Assembly (NCBI GenBank): GCA_963782525.1
Contig: CAWAKC010000007.1
Span: forward strand, 128,001 to 192,000
Direction of reading: 5' to 3'
Origin: Candidatus Bathyarchaeota archaeon
GTDB lineage: Archaea; Thermoproteota; Bathyarchaeia; Bathyarchaeales; Bathycorpusculaceae
Length of the DNA: 64,000 nt
Below are positions 38,930-47,612 of this stretch, piece after piece (within the stretch, counting starts at the first letter, position 1; each line of letters starts with the position of its first letter). The position numbers and the translations under genes are program-made. Under the pieces are notes generated by a model that did not search any database, was not told the DNA's origin, and saw nothing but the letters and a program-made list of their open reading frames with translations.

Positions 38930-39754
38930 TTATTCGCCAGCAACCTTAATGACTGCGCCACCAGCGGTTTCGATTAAAAGAGCAAGTTCTTTTGCCGCTT
39001 TAGCCAGTTTTTGATTTGGATTTTGCTCTTGGCTTGCCATTATGGTTAGGTGAAGTTCCACATGAGGCTTGTTTTCCGTCCGCATTGGATGAGATTTGAT
39101 GTAGACGCCCAAGTTATCGCTCATAACCCTATCAATTAAAGGTGCTAAACGCGATTCAAAAATGTCATCTGCAAAAATGCTCCTCTCACAGAAAACTCCT
39201 GAACCTACAGCCTGCTTAATCAGCGGCGCTATGGTTTGGTCAAAAATCGCTTCCGTCTCTATTGGCACACCTGGAAGGGCAAACAAAACTGTCCCATCAA
39301 CGTCAACTCGCATGCCTGGAGCAGTACCAATCGGATTAGTGACCACCTCAGTTTTTTCTGGCAGAGTTGCCATTTTAACTCTGGGTGGCGTCAACTCAAT
39401 TTCTGTGGGCAATCCCCGTTTTTTGGCGTACTCCTCAGTTCTTTGTTTGACCATCGCAAGGGCTTTAGAGTTGACTTCTAGTTTGCGGTTTAAAGCTTTG
39501 GCGATGCCTTGGAGGGTTTTGTCGTCGAAAGTTGGTCCTAACCCACCTGTGGTGACTATGAAATGTGGTTTTCGATCTATGGCTTCTTTGATCGAGGTCG
39601 CGATTTCTTCGATGGTGTCTTGAATTACGGTTACTCTTTTGACGTTTGCGCCTAGCTTTGTAGCTTGTTTGGCGAGGTAGTGTGCGTTTGTATCTTTAAC
39701 TTTGCCGATTAGTAGTTCGTTGCCGATGCATATGATTTCAATATCTACCGTCAT
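38930..39754 (-). CDS. CinA N-terminal-like / molybdopterin-binding domain protein
   Basis: IGNELLIG-VKDTNA, TTGGLGPTFDDKT, NPIGTAPG, LPGVP-E. Confidence 0.88.
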   Translation of the reverse strand: MTVDIEIICIGNELLIGKVKDTNAHYLAKQATKLGANVKRVTVIQDTIEEIATSIKEAIDRKPHFIVTTGGLGPTFDDKTLQGIAKALNRKLEVNSKALAMVKQRTEEYAKKRGLPTEIELTPPRVKMATLPEKTEVVTNPIGTAPGMRVDVDGTVLFALPGVPIETEAIFDQTIAPLIKQAVGSGVFCERSIFADDIFESRLAPLIDRVMSDNLGVYIKSHPMRTENKPHVELHLTIMASQEQNPNQKLAKAAKELALLIETAGGAVIKVAGE

Positions 39755-39892
39755 AGTCTTTCCTCGCTGGATTCAAAAAAATAGTGTTGATTTCATTTAT
39801 ACCGTTTGCTTTTTTATTGCCCAAAAGCACATAGCGCTCAACAAACAGAGTCAAGGCTAACGAAAAAGGAGCGTTAACCTTTTTTTGTCATC

Positions 39893-40099
39893 TTATTTTT
39901 TGCTAAGATACCACTTAAGGTATTCTTTTCGGCGGCTTTGTCTAATTTCTTCCTCAGTTTCATCAGCTGGTCTGTTCTTGTCGTGTAAATCGTTGAGTTC
40001 CTGACCTGTACAGGATAACCCGCAACTCTTGCAAACATAATGCTTAGTCAAAGAGATGTATTGTATTTCTCCGCCGCATTCCGGACAGTAATTTACCAT
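39893..40099 (-). CDS. Small zinc-ribbon protein
   Basis: 68 aa; CPECGG...YVCKSCG; charged C-terminal helix ending EYLKWYLSKK. Confidence 0.75.
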   Translation of the reverse strand: MVNYCPECGGEIQYISLTKHYVCKSCGLSCTGQELNDLHDKNRPADETEEEIRQSRRKEYLKWYLSKK

Positions 40100-40196
40100 T
40101 GTTGGTTTCTCTTTTAGGGTTTGTAAGGAAATCGGTGCAAGGAAGATATTAGTCTTCGCATGAATTCCAACAATTTAGCCCAAAAAGAGATGGATT

Positions 40197-41243
40197 TTAG
40201 ACGTGAGTGTACATTTTGTCGTTGCTGTATTTTCCCGTGTCCATTTCCTGCTCAATTTCCTTTAGGAGCAGAATGCGCTTAAAGGTTGGCGGATGCGTAG
40301 CAAAGAGGCTGTTCATTTGTACCCACGTGGATTTGGATTCTTTCTCCATTGCCAACTCCAACTCCCGCTCGTCCAAAACTCCGTCATGGTCTAAGTCATA
40401 TTCAGCTTTCTTGTCCATGATTTCCGACACTTCCAGTTTTGCTTGACCGGGGTCTTCAATGTAAAACGCCCTAACGCCTTCCGGAGCCTTAGGTGAGATA
40501 GATAAGCCATAAGTTATTTTTGCCAATGCACTTTCCAGTTCCCGCGGCGACCCCGTAACGTAAGCGGAGTAGGCATCTGCATAGTGTTCTCGCAGTCGGC
40601 TAAGCCGCATAACAATCAGGAAAGTGATAATGTAGACGACGAATGAGATTACGCCGATTGCGATTAAGGCGGCACCCGAATTGTCCTTGCTATTTCTGCG
40701 TCCTCCTCCACTGAAGGCACCTGCATACAACGTTATTTGGGCAATATAATAGGCAATCAGCGGCAAAGCTGAAAGCACAGTCATTACGATGTAATCTTTG
40801 TGCTTAATGTGTCCTAGCTCGTGAGCTATGACGCCTTTGACTTCATTTTCATTCAGCTGCCTCAGGAGTCCCTCGTGTACAGCTAATGTTGCGCTGCTGG
40901 TGGTTCTTCCAAAAGTGAATGCGTTAGGTGTGTTGTTTGGTACAGTGGCTAGTCTGGGCATGGGTATGCCGCTTTTGTCCGCTAACGCTTTAACTGTTGA
41001 TTCAAGCCAAGGGTTCTCACCAGGTTGTAAATAATGCAAATGTGTCGTTGCAGCAACAATCGCTGGACCAACCGCATACTGGAACAAGATAAAAAGTGCT
41101 GAGCCGCCTACAGCAATCAGCAATCCAGTAAAAACGTCCAACTGCAGGAAATAAACGATAACGAAAACGAGTAAGCCAAATATGAAGGCAGACAGAAAGA
41201 TGGATGTTGCCATTGCAAACTTGAGTTGGGATAGACTAGCCAA
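40197..41243 (-). CDS. htpX: Zinc metalloprotease HtpX (M48)
   Basis: PNAFTFG, IAHELGH, SRLREHYAD, FATHPP; N-terminal TMs. Confidence 0.92.
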   Translation of the reverse strand: MASLSQLKFAMATSIFLSAFIFGLLVFVIVYFLQLDVFTGLLIAVGGSALFILFQYAVGPAIVAATTHLHYLQPGENPWLESTVKALADKSGIPMPRLATVPNNTPNAFTFGRTTSSATLAVHEGLLRQLNENEVKGVIAHELGHIKHKDYIVMTVLSALPLIAYYIAQITLYAGAFSGGGRRNSKDNSGAALIAIGVISFVVYIITFLIVMRLSRLREHYADAYSAYVTGSPRELESALAKITYGLSISPKAPEGVRAFYIEDPGQAKLEVSEIMDKKAEYDLDHDGVLDERELELAMEKESKSTWVQMNSLFATHPPTFKRILLLKEIEQEMDTGKYSNDKMYTHV

Positions 41244-41348
41244 GCAATTTGCCTCTTGTTGTTTTTCACAATTACAATATTTAGAGAATTAAGTCTTTCC
41301 CAATCAAAATAAAAAATAACAGAAAATTCAAAAAAATAAAAGGAAAAT

Positions 41349-42347
41349 TTAGATGGGGTAAGCTCCGCAGGTTTTGCAGAACTGGATTTTTGTTTTGATG
41401 TAGCTATGGCATTTGGGGCACTGTACGCCGCCTTCAACCTTGGGGAAGACATCTTTGGGTTTGCCGAATTTCTTGCGGAAGACTTCGTAGTAGAGGAGTT
41501 GTTCTTTATCTTGGATTTCAACGTCATCTGCTGCTTTGATTGCCGCCTTCTTCTCATTGAACTCTTTGTCGGTTATCATGTCGTTGAAGTATGTACGCAG
41601 TGTCTCCGTTCCGGTGCCTGCTTCTAGAGGTGCTTTGGGTCTCCAGATTATGTCTTTGGGAATTACGTCTTCGTAGGCTTTACGCAAAATCCATTTGCCG
41701 TATTTTACGCCGTTGTAGATGTTAATCTTGTATTTGATTGGTAACTTCATTGCCCAATCCATAAATTCTGGGTCTCTGTAGGGCGCTTTGATTTGCATTC
41801 CAAGAGATTCTGCCATCGGGAAAGATGAAAAGCCCATTTCAGCCCACATTTCCTGTTGCTTTACTGCAAATTGTTCCTCTGTTAGGTGGAATTGCCATGG
41901 GTAACCGAAAAGTTCGTCTAAGGCGTCGCCAGTGAAAACGGTCTTTATCCCTTTGGGTTTTAGCAGTGTTAAGCCGATGTAGACTGGGAGACTGTTTCGG
42001 ATTTCCATGGGGTCATATTTTTTGAGTGCTTCCACAACTTTGGGGAAGTATTTCATTACGTCCTCTTTGCCGAATTGGTAGGTTTCATGTTTTAGGTGCA
42101 ATAGTTCAACCATTTTTTTGACGTATTCAGTGTCTTTGGGTTGTCCATGTTTGAAAGCTAAGGTAAGGCAGGGGATGTCGGGATTGTATTTGACAGCTTC
42201 GTAGGCGATTATTTGGGTATCGGTTCCAGCGGAGAAAAGGAAGCCATCAGCCATGTTTTTCTTGACGACTTTGTTAACTAATTTTCTAATATCTGGCAAG
42301 AGTTTGTTGACTTCTGACTCATTAATTGTCATTTCTGTCCCTCGCAT
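41349..42347 (-). CDS. Asparagine-synthase C-terminal (N-type ATP pyrophosphatase) domain protein with a zinc ribbon and no glutaminase domain
   Basis: FSAGTDT (PP-loop variant), TGDALDELFG, KWILRKAY...IIWRPKAP; CPKC...CKTCG tail. Confidence 0.82.
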   Translation of the reverse strand: MRGTEMTINESEVNKLLPDIRKLVNKVVKKNMADGFLFSAGTDTQIIAYEAVKYNPDIPCLTLAFKHGQPKDTEYVKKMVELLHLKHETYQFGKEDVMKYFPKVVEALKKYDPMEIRNSLPVYIGLTLLKPKGIKTVFTGDALDELFGYPWQFHLTEEQFAVKQQEMWAEMGFSSFPMAESLGMQIKAPYRDPEFMDWAMKLPIKYKINIYNGVKYGKWILRKAYEDVIPKDIIWRPKAPLEAGTGTETLRTYFNDMITDKEFNEKKAAIKAADDVEIQDKEQLLYYEVFRKKFGKPKDVFPKVEGGVQCPKCHSYIKTKIQFCKTCGAYPI

Positions 42348-42538
42348 TACAGTGTTTGTCGTTTATGCAGTATTTAAGTTTACTGTATGCATATAAAAGG
42401 CGACAAAATACAAACATCTGTGCTGAAACTGAAAACAATGCTGAACAAACGACTATTTGCCAAACAAAAACGTCCTCACCAACTAAGTTTAAATGCTCAA
42501 AAACAAAACTCATAACCATTAACTGAGGCACATCCTCA

Positions 42539-43291
42539 ATGAAAGTCAGCATACTTCACATGGAAATCCGCACCACCTTAGAAGGCAACCTAACTGCTTC
42601 AAAAACCGCCGTCGTCAAAGCTGCAAAACAAAACCCAGCCATAATCGCCCTCCCTGAATATTTCACAGTCCCCAACTGCATGGCAGACTTCATCAACGCA
42701 AAAAAAATATCAGAGGAAACATGCGCCAAAACGCTGGATTTTCTTCAGAAAATTTCCCAAAAAATCGACGGCGTATACCTACTCGGGGGAACAGTATTGG
42801 AAGAAGACGGCGGCAAATACTACAACACCAGCACACTCTGGAGAAACGGCAAATTACTGGCAAAATACAAGAAAATCAGTCCCATAAGAGCTGAGCTGGA
42901 GGCAGGCGTCGCCAAAGGCTCAACACCAATTGTTATAGACACAGAATTTGGCAAGCTTGGAATGATTGTTTGCGCAGACACCTTTAACCCCGAAGTCGTC
43001 ACCAAAGTTGCAGCTTTGGGCGCAGAAATCGTCTCGTTGCCCGTGGCTGCCATGGGAACCCACCCAACAGTTCAAGGCCACCCCCTAACAGTCGGCATTG
43101 CCCGTAACTTTGGTTTCTACATTCTTAAAGTCGGCAATGTATGTTCAAACATGAGGGGAGGTCGAAGCGCAATCATTGCACCATGGGGCGTCATAGGCGA
43201 AGTTACAGACTCACAAGAAGACTCCATCTTAAGCGCAGATTTAGACATGCAAGTGCTAAGAGACTACCGAGCACAACTCAGTAAATCTTAG
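42539..43291 (+). CDS. Carbon-nitrogen hydrolase (nitrilase/amidase family)
   Basis: Triad context LPEYF / KYKK / IVCAD; GRSAIIAPWG. Confidence 0.88.
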   Translation: MKVSILHMEIRTTLEGNLTASKTAVVKAAKQNPAIIALPEYFTVPNCMADFINAKKISEETCAKTLDFLQKISQKIDGVYLLGGTVLEEDGGKYYNTSTLWRNGKLLAKYKKISPIRAELEAGVAKGSTPIVIDTEFGKLGMIVCADTFNPEVVTKVAALGAEIVSLPVAAMGTHPTVQGHPLTVGIARNFGFYILKVGNVCSNMRGGRSAIIAPWGVIGEVTDSQEDSILSADLDMQVLRDYRAQLSKS

Positions 43292-44168
43292 CCCAACCGT
43301 CAACGATTCGGCTCATTTCCTTAAACTTATATTCTTCGAGCCATTGTCGGAAGTCATTGTTTTGGACAGCAAACCTTGCTACTTGCCGCGCGTTCTCTGA
43401 ATTGTGCACGAGCAGAAGTACCGCGTCGATTTTGTGTCGCGAAATGTAGGCTACGGTTTTTAGTAAGGCGTCGAGTTTTTCGCCGGTGGGCATTTCAGCG
43501 CTGAGTTCCACCACGACGGGTTTTTTTAGGGTAGCAACGAAGTCGCGAACGATGGTGTCAACCCAGTAGTTAGTAAAATAATCCCGAGATGAAAGGGGAA
43601 CATGGAAATAATCGACCAATTCGGCTATTGCTTTGAAATCTATCCCAAACCGTTCTTTAGCCAACACGGGGTCGGGGAACATTTCAATCGCGAAGGTTCC
43701 TTTTGTGTGGGTTTTGGCTTCTTTGAGGAAAGTGGTTATGATTTGAGCGCGCCACTTCGTCCTGTTTAAGCCGCTCGCTTTTCTCTGTGTGGTGCACCTT
43801 GGACAGATGCAGTAGTCTTGGTCAGGGAAATGGTAGAGGTTGAGGGTGACACCGGTTATGTTTTGACTTGATATGCCGTCGAGGTATTCGAAGACTTTAG
43901 CACGGTAACCTGGGTGGGTTGGGCAAACAAAGTCGAAAGCTAAATTAGATGTTCTGTTCCGCCTAAGCGCAGGTCCGCCTTTTGAGAGGGCAACAATGCT
44001 TGGGTCTTCACGGATAGCTTTAGCATCACAAAAAACCGTAACATCGTTCTGCATACCCACAGCCGCTGGAAAAACTTGTCCGTCAACCCATTTTGAGAAG
44101 AAAACATGCGGGTCAAAGCCCTCGACTTTTTCCGGGGTATATGTGACTAAGCCTATATTCATGCCCAA
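43278..44168 (-). CDS. Uncharacterised TIM-barrel-like protein with a CxCPRC motif (paralog A)
   Basis: 296 aa; ALRRN..NL.FDFVCPTHP, HFPDQDYCICPRC, PDPVLAKERFGIDF. Confidence 0.75.
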   Translation of the reverse strand: MGMNIGLVTYTPEKVEGFDPHVFFSKWVDGQVFPAAVGMQNDVTVFCDAKAIREDPSIVALSKGGPALRRNRTSNLAFDFVCPTHPGYRAKVFEYLDGISSQNITGVTLNLYHFPDQDYCICPRCTTQRKASGLNRTKWRAQIITTFLKEAKTHTKGTFAIEMFPDPVLAKERFGIDFKAIAELVDYFHVPLSSRDYFTNYWVDTIVRDFVATLKKPVVVELSAEMPTGEKLDALLKTVAYISRHKIDAVLLLVHNSENARQVARFAVQNNDFRQWLEEYKFKEMSRIVDGWAKIY

Positions 44169-44220
44169 TCCTCGCTCGCAACAAATATATTATTGGCGCT
44201 TATTTAATTGTTGATTCAAA

Positions 44221-44439
44221 ATGGACAAGCATAAAACACCAATCACAATTGATGCAACTAAATGTCCACCCTGCGCGGGGCAAGTTTGTATCGGTGTTTG
44301 TCCACAAGGCGCCTTAGAAGAGGGAAAAAACAGAAAACCCCAAGTTATCGCAGTTGTCCAATGTACAAAATGTGGCGTATGCGTTAATCTGTGTCCAAAC
44401 AAAGCCATCACCTTAAATGTTAGCAACCCCAAAAAATAA
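44221..44439 (+). CDS. 2x[4Fe-4S] ferredoxin
   Basis: CPPCAGQVCIGVCP and CTKCGVCVNLCP. Confidence 0.88.
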   Translation: MDKHKTPITIDATKCPPCAGQVCIGVCPQGALEEGKNRKPQVIAVVQCTKCGVCVNLCPNKAITLNVSNPKK

Positions 44440-45494
44440 TGTGGGGACTAGCGGGTTTGGAACAAATCGACCTTGCGGATAATGTTAGATTGATTATTAA
44501 AGATAATGTACTAGCCGTTTTTTGTGATAGCGCTTTAAAAACAGTTAGCTCTGCAATATACAATGGTGGGCACAATCAGGTTAAAGCTGTCCTCAATGTA
44601 GGAGTGCCAGAAGGATACAGTGACCTCTCCTTGCACCTTGACCCGCTTGAACTAATCACTTCATCGGCGGCGAAGGTTGGATTAACCAAAGACTACCTCG
44701 CCATGGTTACCGCCGCTAAAATAAAAAATTACAGCTTAGTGACAAAGAAAACACTTGAGTTCTCCGTAAGCGTCGCCGCCACAGCAGGGTGCTCACACGG
44801 CGAATCCTCAGGCGAAGAAATGGAGGTTCAGGAAATCGCAAAAACAGGAACCATAAACATCATTGTCCTGATTGATGGGAACCCAACGGAAAGTTGCATG
44901 GTCGCCGCCTTAATCACCGCAACTGAAGCGAAGTCCGCTGTTATGAGGGATTTTGATGTTCGGAGCCGTTACACTGGCGACTCAGCCACGGGTTCTATAA
45001 CTGACAGTGTCACTGTAGCGTCACCTTGCAGGGGCAAAACGTTGAGTTTAGCTGGTCCAGCCTCGAAACTGGGCAAAATGATTGGGTCTTGCGCTAGGCA
45101 TGCAGTTACGGAAGCTCTACTTAAGCAGGAGCCAGTTTGGGGTTGCCGAAGCGTGTTAGACAGGCTTAAAGAGAGACATCTTGGTGTGGAGAAGTTGGCG
45201 GTTGAAGTATCCAAAGTTGAAGGTTTGGAAATTAATGCGGCCGAGTTAACTGAACTTTTAAAAAACAATCCTATTGCAACATCTTATCTTTTGGGTGCGG
45301 CAAAGATGGATGACGATTACAAGAAGAACCTGTTGCCAACCGACTTTAAAGATTTTACAGAAATAAGTAGGTGTTTTGGCACCTTTGCCTCTTCAGAAAA
45401 CGACTGCTCAAAGCTTCCAAATTACGATTCAATCGACTTGCCGCCCTTCCTAAAGCAGGCGTTAATCAAAATTGTAAAAAAAACGCGGGCATAA
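44439..45494 (+). CDS. cbiZ: Adenosylcobinamide amidohydrolase with a C-terminal extension
   Basis: SSAIYNGG, MVTAA, ATAG, GTINIIV, ITATEAK, ATGSITDS; start may be TTG 44457. Confidence 0.85.
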   Translation: MWGLAGLEQIDLADNVRLIIKDNVLAVFCDSALKTVSSAIYNGGHNQVKAVLNVGVPEGYSDLSLHLDPLELITSSAAKVGLTKDYLAMVTAAKIKNYSLVTKKTLEFSVSVAATAGCSHGESSGEEMEVQEIAKTGTINIIVLIDGNPTESCMVAALITATEAKSAVMRDFDVRSRYTGDSATGSITDSVTVASPCRGKTLSLAGPASKLGKMIGSCARHAVTEALLKQEPVWGCRSVLDRLKERHLGVEKLAVEVSKVEGLEINAAELTELLKNNPIATSYLLGAAKMDDDYKKNLLPTDFKDFTEISRCFGTFASSENDCSKLPNYDSIDLPPFLKQALIKIVKKTRA

Positions 45495-45569
45495 CATCTA
45501 CCGAAAAGACTTAAATAACTTGCACTTTTATTTCGTAAATAAAAACAACATTACAATGGTGAATTAAAC

Positions 45570-46472
45570 TTGAAATTTGGCGTATTTCTCTATCAACCCG
45601 AGCCTGTTGAAGGCGTCGATTACAATTTCTACCGTCAAAAATCAGAATCTGGAATCGTCGGAAAAGTAAACCCAAAGATGTACACTAACATCGCAGTTTT
45701 CGGCGACAACAACATGGCCGCAAAACGGCCAGATTGGGTGTCTGTAAGCTCATTTGGTCCAGCACTCAGAACAAACAAACGCTACAATCTCCGCTGGGAC
45801 GTCGTATGCATGACTAACCCAGAAGCCAAAGAATATAACTTAAAAATCATCGCCGAAACCGCCAAAGTTTCCCCAGGCATCAGCATCAGCAGTCAACACT
45901 TTGCAGATCAAGGTTTCTGCACGTGCCCAAGATGCATTGAACAACAAAGCAAAAGCGGCTTAGGCTGGGTGGAATGGCGAGCAAAAGTAGTAACCGATTT
46001 CCTTGCTGAAGTTAAAGAAATTGTCAGCGGAAAACCGCTCTTTGTCAACCTCCTTCCAGACCCATTGTTGGGCAAGGTACGTTTCGGCTATGACTTTGAA
46101 GCTTTAGCACAATATGCTGACTACTTCGTCATTCCAATGTTCAGCAAGGCATACCCGACCCCCTGGTACTGGGAAACCATCGCACGCGGTTTCAAAAGCC
46201 AACTAAAGAAACCAATGTTCGTTAATTTCTATGTCCGTGGCCCAAACGAAACTTGGGACACTGTTGCAACAACAAAGCAAATCATGACTGTTGCAACCCG
46301 TGTTGCAAGACAAGGAGTAGACGGCATTATTTTCCTTGCTGAGAAAGCCGAATACATCCAAAAGTTCCAAAAAGAAGCTGCAGCCGACAAAGAAACACGT
46401 GAGTTCCTCAAAGACCACAACGGCGACGACGTGTTGGAACTTTTCAGCCGATGGGAAAAACTATACAAATAG
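45570..46472 (+). CDS. Uncharacterised TIM-barrel-like protein with a CxCPRC motif (paralog B)
   Basis: 300 aa; ALRTN..NLRWDVVCMTNP, HFADQGFCTCPRC, PDPLLGKVRFGYDF; clear paralog of 43278..44168. Confidence 0.78.
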   Translation: MKFGVFLYQPEPVEGVDYNFYRQKSESGIVGKVNPKMYTNIAVFGDNNMAAKRPDWVSVSSFGPALRTNKRYNLRWDVVCMTNPEAKEYNLKIIAETAKVSPGISISSQHFADQGFCTCPRCIEQQSKSGLGWVEWRAKVVTDFLAEVKEIVSGKPLFVNLLPDPLLGKVRFGYDFEALAQYADYFVIPMFSKAYPTPWYWETIARGFKSQLKKPMFVNFYVRGPNETWDTVATTKQIMTVATRVARQGVDGIIFLAEKAEYIQKFQKEAAADKETREFLKDHNGDDVLELFSRWEKLYK

Positions 46473-46607
46473 TTTCCCTTTATTCTTTTTAATTTTATTT
46501 TGTTTGATACATTTAAGTTAAGGTTACGCCATTTTCTTTGTTGTTCCACAATTTCAACAAGCCATTTTTCAAAATACTGACTTGCTATGGAACGTGAAGG
46601 TTAAAGT

Positions 46608-46850
46608 ATGAAGACAATTAAGGGTTGGAAACGGCTCAGCCACGATTGCGGATACCAAAACGATACTTCAGGGCAAATTGTGATTGTTGTGCAGAAAGAA
46701 TTCAGCCGAAACTTTCATGTGCGGTTGTTCGAGTCGGGACAATCCGAAAAAGAAGATGGCAAAACCATTTCGCCAGATTACGCTTCAAAAGCTAGAGCTG
46801 ACGCATTCGCTGAAGACTGGATGCAAAAACACCCAAAAGGGGCAGAATAA
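46608..46850 (+). CDS. Hypothetical protein (80 aa)
   Basis: ATG with GAAGG upstream; protein-like composition ending WMQKHPKG; fills an intergenic gap. Confidence 0.65.
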   Translation: MKTIKGWKRLSHDCGYQNDTSGQIVIVVQKEFSRNFHVRLFESGQSEKEDGKTISPDYASKARADAFAEDWMQKHPKGAE

Positions 46851-46884
46851 AAATTTAAGAAACTGCAAAATTAAATAGTTAAAA

Positions 46885-47046
46885 TTAGGTTTGTGCAGCC
46901 TTAAGTTGTGCATCGATTTTTCTTTGACGTTTTTGTAGAACTTTGCGTTTGTTTGCTTTTGGATTTGGTTTTACTCGGTAAACTTTTCCGTGAGTATTCT
47001 GGTAGTACTTAGTTCCTTTGGACTTTAGTTTAGTTTTTTTCTTCAA
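46885..47046 (-). CDS. Small, highly basic protein (53 aa), absent from the ORF track
   Basis: TTG start 9 nt after AAGGAGGG; MKKKTKLKSKGTKYYQNTHGKVYRVKPNPKANKRKVLQKRQRKIDAQLKAAQT. Confidence 0.7.
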   Translation of the reverse strand: MKKKTKLKSKGTKYYQNTHGKVYRVKPNPKANKRKVLQKRQRKIDAQLKAAQT

Positions 47047-47276
47047 GCGTATAGTCCCTCCTTGGCTCTTTAACTGGGAATTGTGCTATACAATACACCG
47101 TAACTATTTGAGCATGCCTATGAAATTTCGGGCATCAAGAAGCTAAAGCTTTGTTTAATTATATCGTTTTACCCGATAAAACGTCATTGGTTTATAAGCA
47201 TGGTAGAACCTATATTTGATGAGCTTGTAAAGACTCGATTTTTTGCAAGAACAATATGTGAGAAGGCAAACGTTAA

Positions 47277-47411
47277 ATGTATACTTACGAGAAATTAGTT
47301 CAAGAAAAATTTAAATGCAGAATATGCTCCTCAAGTTTTCAAACTCCAGACGAACTAAGAGACCACCGGATGAATGCACACAAAACACACATGCTCACTT
47401 ATAGGCGTTAA
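47277..47411 (+). CDS. C2H2 zinc-finger microprotein (44 aa), absent from the ORF track
   Basis: MYTYEKLVQEKFKCRICSSSFQTPDELRDHRMNAHKTHMLTYRR matches F-x-C-x2-C-x3-F-x5-L-x2-H-x4-H. Confidence 0.75.
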   Translation: MYTYEKLVQEKFKCRICSSSFQTPDELRDHRMNAHKTHMLTYRR

Positions 47412-47612
47412 AACCACTATGAAGCCGGCAGAGAATCATCCCTCTGTCAAAGAATCCAATAATCTGAACTTTTGCCCTTCTGTTTTTTGGAGTTCACAGA
47501 ATATTTTTTTAACCTTTCTGCATTATCCGTAGATTTTTCACTTTATTGTTTTATCTAGAAAACTATATAATCCAACAAAACGTACTCCACTCACTAAAAG
47601 GGCGAAACACCA

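Noticed and set aside
37707-42347. Lasso-peptide system (transglutaminase-like protease plus Asn-synthase-like cyclase)
   Set aside because: The transglutaminase-like protein is secreted and membrane-anchored, the genes are separated by housekeeping genes, and no RRE or precursor is visible.
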